Assembly (NCBI GenBank): GCA_902784345.1
Contig: CACZUD010000004.1
Location: 4,495 to 68,494, forward strand
From: an uncultured Pseudomonadota bacterium
GTDB taxonomy: Bacteria; Pseudomonadota; Alphaproteobacteria; Rs-D84
DNA length: 64,000 nucleotides
Direction: 5' to 3'
Position numbers and translations under genes: made by a program. Position 1 is the stretch's first letter. Each line of letters starts with the position of its first letter. Below, in pieces: positions 58,027 to 64,000 of the stretch. The notes beneath the pieces were generated by a model. The model worked only from the letters and a program-made list of their open reading frames with translations. It ran no database searches and was not told where the DNA came from.

Positions 58027-58971
58027 ATGAAAAAATTTGCTTTTTTAGCGACAATATTGGCACTTTGTTCTGAAAAGATTGTGGCAGAACCATACTATAA
58101 TGATTATACATACGACGATTATACTGTCGAAGAAACGACTCAGACAGTTTACACAGAAGTTCCTGTTCGTTCGTATTATGCCTATCCAGACGACCCGAAT
58201 TTTATCCCAGAAACAGAATTTATGAATATGGACAATGGTGTTGATTATGACGAAGTTATATATCAAACACGCAGCGAAGAATACGATGCACATCCTGGCG
58301 TTCAATTTACAGAAAGACCAACTGTTATATGTCGTGATTTCAACTGTACACGTTTAAACAACCGCATAACACGCACTTTCTTGTTTAACAGTTTGGCAAA
58401 CATGTTCATGACAAACGCCCATTCTCGCCTTTATATCTGTGAAGCAGATCCATTCTCACGCAGTTGTTTGCAATCTGGCATCTCTTTCCCGGTTCGTTCT
58501 GGAATTGCAAATGCATTGGTAAAAATACCAAAGGCCACTATATCTCAGGTTAATTTATCCACAGGCCTTTCGCGCGCAACCGCAACAATGACTTATGAAT
58601 TTTTGATAAACGGTATCCAGCGCACATGTGAACCAACGGTTATGGATATATCTGTACCAAATAATTCTCAGGCAACTTTGGCAAATCGTGAATTTGCTTG
58701 TAATTTGACCAGCGATGGTATGGCAAACATATCATTGTTGTTAAGCGTCGATTACATTGATTTAGATTATGGCCTTATTGGTGCGTATTATTCAATCGGA
58801 TTACAAGGTCCAACATCTGGCGGTGCAAACGGATACTTGGTTTTCAAGACAGAATTTACAACAAACGGTTCTAAATTCCGCGCATCAACTTATAAAAATG
58901 GCGAAAACCTTGACAACCCAGGTCGTTCAATTGGTCCAGGAGAATATACAGTTGAAGCACTGGACAGATAG
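58027..58971 (+). CDS. Exported hypothetical protein
   Basis: Signal peptide, Tyr/Asp-rich N-terminus, paired Cys; SD AAAGGT. Confidence 0.7.
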   Translation: MKKFAFLATILALCSEKIVAEPYYNDYTYDDYTVEETTQTVYTEVPVRSYYAYPDDPNFIPETEFMNMDNGVDYDEVIYQTRSEEYDAHPGVQFTERPTVICRDFNCTRLNNRITRTFLFNSLANMFMTNAHSRLYICEADPFSRSCLQSGISFPVRSGIANALVKIPKATISQVNLSTGLSRATATMTYEFLINGIQRTCEPTVMDISVPNNSQATLANREFACNLTSDGMANISLLLSVDYIDLDYGLIGAYYSIGLQGPTSGGANGYLVFKTEFTTNGSKFRASTYKNGENLDNPGRSIGPGEYTVEALDR

Positions 58972-58985
58972 TTTATATAAAAACA

Positions 58986-59612
58986 ATGACCAAACATATA
59001 CTTGTCGTTGATGATGATAAAATATTAAGAAACAGCCTGGCCACAGGATTACGTCGGGCCGATTTCAAAGTCGTAACCGCACAATCTGCCGAAGAAGCAA
59101 AAGAAATTCTTTCACGACTATGTGTTGATGCAATCGTTCTGGACAGGATGATGGACGGAATGGACGGCTTAACATTCCTTAAACAACTCAGATTAAGCGG
59201 CAATACAACACCGGTTATTATGTTAACTGCACTGTCTGGCGCCGAAAATGCTATTGACGGATTATCTGGCGGTGCAAATGATTACATGGCAAAACCATTT
59301 CAACTACAAGAATTAATATTAAGGCTTCATAATATTATAAAATATGCTCCAAAAATAAATAATTCGTTTGGATTGGTATTTGCTGACGGTGAATTCTTCA
59401 TTAAAACAGATGATGGACAAAATAAATTGTTATCACTTTCTGTGGAAGAAAAGAAGTTATTACAAAACTTAACAAATCCTGTTGGCAATATTGTTTCTGC
59501 TACACCGATGGTTGCAAAACGCTTGCGCAATAAAATAAATGGTGTACTATCAGATACAGATATCATAACAGTTCGCGGAATGGGCTATAAAATAATAACG
59601 AACAAACATTAA
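58986..59612 (+). CDS. OmpR-family response regulator
   Basis: LVVDDD, VLDRMM, MLTA, DYMAKPF and TVRGMGY motifs. Confidence 0.9.
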   Translation: MTKHILVVDDDKILRNSLATGLRRADFKVVTAQSAEEAKEILSRLCVDAIVLDRMMDGMDGLTFLKQLRLSGNTTPVIMLTALSGAENAIDGLSGGANDYMAKPFQLQELILRLHNIIKYAPKINNSFGLVFADGEFFIKTDDGQNKLLSLSVEEKKLLQNLTNPVGNIVSATPMVAKRLRNKINGVLSDTDIITVRGMGYKIITNKH

Positions 59613-59623
59613 AGGAAAAACAT

Positions 59624-60904
59624 ATGAGATTGATACCGCGCAGTTTCTTAGGCAGAACAATATTGATGGTATTTATACCACTTGTTATGGCGCTGTTGAT
59701 TGTCGCAAATTCGTTTTTTGGCAACCATTGGAAAAAGGTTCATGCCACATTAGCGCGCACTTTGGCCGGCGAAATCGCAACCATGGTTCATTTCATGGAT
59801 CAAAATAATACAGAAGCCGTAAAGATGTTGGCCAGCGACATCGGCATAAACGTTTCAGTTAACGAAAAACTAAACAGACCATCAGCCAACGATAACAAGT
59901 CAAGAGAAGCAGGACCGCTGGTTTCTGAATTGCAACAACGCCTTAAACAACCTGCAAACGTCTACATTGATCGTGGCAAACGTTTAATATTCATAGATGT
60001 CCCAACAAAAGACAACAAAACCGCAACTTTCGCAACCAGCATGCACCGTATCTATTCAACCAGCGCGGAAGTTTTCTTGTTGTGGGTGATTGGCGCAATA
60101 TTGATAGTGTCTGTATTGGTAACCCCACTTGTGGTATTTCACACACGCAGCATCCGCAGAATCGCAAAAGCGGCTAATAAATTTGGACGCGGCATGGACG
60201 TTCCAGGATTCCAACCAAGTGGGTCTTTGGAAATTCGTGAAGCAGCGAAAGCCATGATAACCATGAAAGAACGTCTTAACCGATACAACAAAACAAGAAC
60301 AGATATGCTGAACGCCGTGGGACACGATTTGAAAACACCGCTGACACGTATGAGATTGGCGATAGAAACAGATTCTGCATCAAAACAAGATTTATTACAT
60401 GAAATCGACCGCATGAGTGAAATGGTTAACGGTTATTTGGCGTTTGCGCGTGGCGAAGCACCAGAAATAGAGCAGGCCGTGGAATTGCCTGCGATGTTAA
60501 CAAGGATTGCACGCGATGCGGCACCAGATAAAAAAATTGTTTTACAATTCCCAGAAGAACCGGCTCAATTTTATGCGCGTCCTAATGCGTTGACCAGTGC
60601 GTTTACAAATATTATTGAAAATGCGGCACGCTTTACAAAGAAAACATTAAAAATCTCAGAAATTGATTCTGAAGATTCTGTCACAGTTGTAATCGAAGAT
60701 GATGGAATTGGTATTCCAGACGATAAAAAAGAATTGGCTTTGCAACCATTTGTTCGACTGGATGAATCACGCAGCGAATCCACTGGTGGAACGGGTCTGG
60801 GGTTATCTATCGCTAAAACAGCGATTGAAAATCATGGCGGTCAAATATTCTTGGAAGACAGCGAACTGGGTGGCCTGCGTGTTCGTGTGGTATTACCTTT
60901 ATAA
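59624..60904 (+). CDS. EnvZ-like sensor histidine kinase
   Basis: Two TMs, HAMP, HDLKTPLTR, NIIENA, DDGIGI and GTGLGL motifs. Confidence 0.92.
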   Translation: MRLIPRSFLGRTILMVFIPLVMALLIVANSFFGNHWKKVHATLARTLAGEIATMVHFMDQNNTEAVKMLASDIGINVSVNEKLNRPSANDNKSREAGPLVSELQQRLKQPANVYIDRGKRLIFIDVPTKDNKTATFATSMHRIYSTSAEVFLLWVIGAILIVSVLVTPLVVFHTRSIRRIAKAANKFGRGMDVPGFQPSGSLEIREAAKAMITMKERLNRYNKTRTDMLNAVGHDLKTPLTRMRLAIETDSASKQDLLHEIDRMSEMVNGYLAFARGEAPEIEQAVELPAMLTRIARDAAPDKKIVLQFPEEPAQFYARPNALTSAFTNIIENAARFTKKTLKISEIDSEDSVTVVIEDDGIGIPDDKKELALQPFVRLDESRSESTGGTGLGLSIAKTAIENHGGQIFLEDSELGGLRVRVVLPL

Positions 60905-60919
60905 GAAATGGATTAAACA

Positions 60920-62629
60920 ATGAATTTACACAAATATGTATCTGATGCTATAAACAATAAATTAGGTTTTGAAGCAAAACTGGATGTACCAAAAAATCGT
61001 GATTTTGGCGATTTTTCTACAAATGCTGCAATGGTTGGCGCAAAAAATGCCGGCAAAAATCCACGTGAATTGGCCAATGAATATTTGCCATTATTAAAAG
61101 AACTAGATTTTGTTGCAGATGTTTCTGTGGCTGGACCAGGATTTATAAATATCAAAATCAAAGACGATTTTATTTTGAACAATGCCGTCGCACCGAAACA
61201 AATGACCGCCGCAAAACCTTTGACTATTGATTTAGATTATGGCGCTTATAATGTAGCAAAATCTTTACACATTGGACATTTGCGCACATCTATTGTTGGG
61301 GATACTTTTAATCGTGTTGCTAAATTCTTGGGTCATAAAACTTTTTCATGGAACCATATCGGCGATTGGGGGAAACCAATGGGGCTGATTATCGCATGGA
61401 TTGAACGCTTGCATCCAGAATTACCTTATTTCCAAGATAATTTTGACCCAAAGACACCTGTTGATTATGAAATAGACGAAAAAGAATTAAACAATTATTA
61501 TCCAAGTGCATCTGCATTTGCAAAAGAAAACGCAGAATTTCAAGCTCGCGCACAAGAAATCAAAGCAAAGTTCCAAGCAGGCCACCCAGGATATTTCGCG
61601 TTGTATGAAAAGTTTTTAGCAATATCTTTACGCACAATGAACCATACGGTACAAAGATTAAATATTTTGCCTTTTGATTATGATTTGGGCGAAAGAAATG
61701 CCGCAAAATACTTAAAAGACGTCGAAAAAATTCTTAATGAAAAACATATGATTTATGAAGATGCCGGTGCACAGATTATAAATGTCAAACGCGATACAGA
61801 TAACGCACCAATACCACCATATATGTGGCGTGATTCACGTGGGGCGGACACTTACGATTCCACCGATTTAGCAGCGGTATATTGTCGTAAAAAAACAGAT
61901 AATCCTGACACTATTATATATTTCACAGATTTGCGTCAATCTTTGCACTTTGAACAATTGTTCCGCGCTGCAGATATTTCTGGAATATATCCATACGACA
62001 AATTCGAACATATTGGATACGGAACAATAAACGGCAAAGACGGCAAACCATTTAAAACGCGCGACGGTAATGCCGCGGGATTGGATGATATTCTAGATAT
62101 AGCAAACGATGCTGTACAGGCACGCGTTTCTGAATCTGGTAAAAAATTAGACGAAGAAACCATCAAAACAATTGCGCTGGCTGCGGTTAAATTTAATGAT
62201 TTGATTCACGATGTAAAATCAGATTATATTTTTGACCCATCTGCGATCACCAGTTTCGAAGGTAAAACAGGCCCATATATTTTGTACACTGCGGTTCGTT
62301 TGAATTCTGTATTAAAGCGGGCGGGTACAAATATCACGAAACCAGAACATTTCGATTTATCAACCGAAGAACGCAATTTGTTGATTGAAATTATGGATTT
62401 TGAAAAAACAGTATTGGACGCATATGAAAATCGTGCAACAGACATGATTGCAAATTATGCGTATGATTTGTGTCAATTAACCAATAATTTCTATCATAAT
62501 TGCCCGATTTTACGCGACGATGTGCCGGAAAACATCAAAGCAGGGCGGTTATATATCGCAAAGTTGGCACTTGATACATTATCAACAGCAATTGATTTGA
62601 TGGGATTAAAGATACCAGCTGAAATGTAG
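60920..62629 (+). CDS. argS: Arginine--tRNA ligase
   Basis: GDFSTN, GPGFIN, LHIGHLR, GDWG, KTRDG and GPYI.Y motifs. Confidence 0.95.
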   Translation: MNLHKYVSDAINNKLGFEAKLDVPKNRDFGDFSTNAAMVGAKNAGKNPRELANEYLPLLKELDFVADVSVAGPGFINIKIKDDFILNNAVAPKQMTAAKPLTIDLDYGAYNVAKSLHIGHLRTSIVGDTFNRVAKFLGHKTFSWNHIGDWGKPMGLIIAWIERLHPELPYFQDNFDPKTPVDYEIDEKELNNYYPSASAFAKENAEFQARAQEIKAKFQAGHPGYFALYEKFLAISLRTMNHTVQRLNILPFDYDLGERNAAKYLKDVEKILNEKHMIYEDAGAQIINVKRDTDNAPIPPYMWRDSRGADTYDSTDLAAVYCRKKTDNPDTIIYFTDLRQSLHFEQLFRAADISGIYPYDKFEHIGYGTINGKDGKPFKTRDGNAAGLDDILDIANDAVQARVSESGKKLDEETIKTIALAAVKFNDLIHDVKSDYIFDPSAITSFEGKTGPYILYTAVRLNSVLKRAGTNITKPEHFDLSTEERNLLIEIMDFEKTVLDAYENRATDMIANYAYDLCQLTNNFYHNCPILRDDVPENIKAGRLYIAKLALDTLSTAIDLMGLKIPAEM

Positions 62630-62661
62630 TTTGTGGTATTATAATACCATATAGATTTTTC

Positions 62662-62690
62662 TTGACTTTTATGCGGGTTTGATACATAAT
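62662..62690 (+). promoter_or_regulatory. sigma70 promoter of rplM-rpsI
   Basis: TTGACT-N17-CATAAT followed by GC-rich GCCCGC. Confidence 0.7.
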
Positions 62691-62729
62691 AAGCCCGCTA
62701 TTTTAAACAAACACTAAAAGGTAAAAACA

Positions 62730-63203
62730 ATGGCACAAACAAAATCATTGAAAAAGTGTGAATTGGAAGCCAAATGGTATCTGATTGACGCGACAAATTG
62801 CACATTGGGACGTTTGGCGGCATATACTGCGAATATCCTGCGTGGCAAAAACAAACCAACATGGACACCAAACATGGATTGTGGTGATCATGTTATCATT
62901 ATTAATGCTGACAAGGTTGCTTTGACTGGTCACAAAGATGAAAAAACAAAATTCTTTTGGCACTCTCTTTGGACAGGCAGCACTAAAGAAAGAACTTTGG
63001 GTCAAATGCGTTCTGAAAAACCAGAAAAATTGGTTACAAATGCTGTAAAACGTATGATGGGTCGTCGCACAGCTGTTGCATTGGCAAACAAACGTTTGAC
63101 TAAATTGCACGTTTATGCAGGCAGTGAACACAAACACACTGCACAAAACCCAATCGTTATTGATTTTGGTTCGTTAAATCGTAAAAACAAAAGGGGCGAA
63201 TAA
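62730..63203 (+). CDS. rplM: 50S ribosomal protein L13
   Basis: W..IDA...[17 protein letters not shown] motifs. Confidence 0.96.
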   Translation: MAQTKSLKKCELEAKWYLIDATNCTLGRLAAYTANILRGKNKPTWTPNMDCGDHVIIINADKVALTGHKDEKTKFFWHSLWTGSTKERTLGQMRSEKPEKLVTNAVKRMMGRRTAVALANKRLTKLHVYAGSEHKHTAQNPIVIDFGSLNRKNKRGE

Positions 63204-63736
63204 TGACAGAAACAACAAAGAAAGCAGCAACAAAAACAACTGCTAAAACAACCAAGGCTGCCCCTGCAAAAAAGGCAACTGCTGCAAAAGCAACAAAAGC
63301 ACCTGCAAAAACAACTGCTGCAAAAGCTCCTGTTGCATCTGCAAAATTATCTGGTGCCACATATGCGACCGGCAAAAGAAAAGATTCTGTTGCACGCGTT
63401 TATTTGATGCCAGGCAAAGGCAACATCACTGTTAACGGTATTGAAATGAAAAAATATTTCAAACGCCCAGTGTTGCAAATGATTTTGGTACAACCATTTG
63501 ATGTAACAAAACGCGATGGCGCATACGATGTTGTCGCTATTGTTGCCGGTGGTGGTTTATCAGGTCAAGCAGGCGCTGTAAAACACGGTATTTCCAAAGC
63601 ATTGGAAAAAGCAGAACCAGATTTACGCAAAGCATTGAAAGTTGCTGGATTCCTTACACGCGACAGTCGTGTTGTTGAACGTAAACACTTTGGTTTCCAC
63701 AAAGCGCGTCGTTCTACTCAGTTCAGCAAACGTTAA
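63203..63736 (+). CDS. rpsI: 30S ribosomal protein S9 with Lys/Ala/Thr-rich N-terminal extension
   Basis: [28 protein letters not shown] and QFSKR motifs. Confidence 0.96.
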   Translation: MTETTKKAATKTTAKTTKAAPAKKATAAKATKAPAKTTAAKAPVASAKLSGATYATGKRKDSVARVYLMPGKGNITVNGIEMKKYFKRPVLQMILVQPFDVTKRDGAYDVVAIVAGGGLSGQAGAVKHGISKALEKAEPDLRKALKVAGFLTRDSRVVERKHFGFHKARRSTQFSKR

Positions 63737-63758
63737 TCTTGTTTGCAAAACGCAACTC

Positions 63759-63783
63759 AAAAACCGCCATCTTGGCGGTTTTT
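63759..63783 (+). terminator. Intrinsic terminator after rpsI
   Basis: AAAAACCGCCA-TCT-TGGCGGTTTTT. Confidence 0.8.
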
Positions 63784-63884
63784 ATTAAGCATATAATCCA
63801 TACCATTTTTGTAAATGTTTATGTTGCGTTTTAAAAAAAATATTTGTATAATCAGACCCAGCTTATATATCCAAAGGAAAAAAC

Positions 63885-64000
63885 ATGTTTACAAAAGAAA
63901 AAGTTAAAGATTTACATTATTCTGTATCTGGTAAAATTGCCGCTGCTGATTTGCAGGCCGCCGCAGACGAAGTTTTAAAAGAATTTGGCAAAACGGCAAA
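63885..64000 (+). CDS. tig: Probable trigger factor, 3'-truncated by the window edge
   Basis: MFTKEKVKDLHYSVSGKIAAADLQAAADEVLKEFGKTA resembles the TF N-terminus just before GFRxGK; SD AAAGGA. Confidence 0.6.
   Translation, partial: MFTKEKVKDLHYSVSGKIAAADLQAAADEVLKEFGKTA

Noticed and set aside
1-64000. CRISPR array, integrase, transposase or prophage
   Set aside because: No regularly spaced repeats and no recombinase, transposase or phage structural gene motifs seen; phage-like genes occur only singly
1-64000. Stop-codon reassignment
   Set aside because: Conserved genes are uninterrupted under code 11, and prfB with its UGA-sensing frameshift is present

Overview
Low-GC, gene-dense bacterial chromosome segment using the standard code (RF2/prfB is present and TGA is used as a stop). 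Marker genes (TrcR/DUF1013, DUF2155, a TipN/GPR-like polarity protein, an RpoH-type dnaK promoter) point to a streamlined alphaproteobacterium; a gut/rumen lineage such as Rs-D84 is my inference, not verified. Most of the window is housekeeping: rnj, prfB with +1 frameshift, amiC, fused accD-accA, cysS, rpoD, addA, recN, xseA, tsaD, rpsP-rimM-trmD-rplS, pfkA, dnaK, rplY, gpmI, rsmH, dnaE, secA, ruvB-ybgC-tolQRA, a two-component pair, argS, rplM-rpsI and tig. It also holds four tRNAs and RNase P RNA, with single accessory genes interspersed. I see no CRISPR array, integrase, transposase or prophage. Most interesting observations: (1) an unannotated leaderless Cys-Cys leader peptide with alternative RNA pairings in front of cysS; (2) two tRNA genes with partial duplicates joined at the T-loop to palindromic elements, one forming a 90-nt tRNA-like RNA with an intact acceptor stem and CCA; (3) a primary sigma70 lacking the normally invariant W433; (4) tandem YxxP-leader Cys-rich small proteins inside the rpsP-rimM operon; (5) structured RNA leaders; (6) a CxxC/CC gene pair ahead of large Cys-rich exported proteins. 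All calls come from reading the sequence; no searches or folding programs were run.
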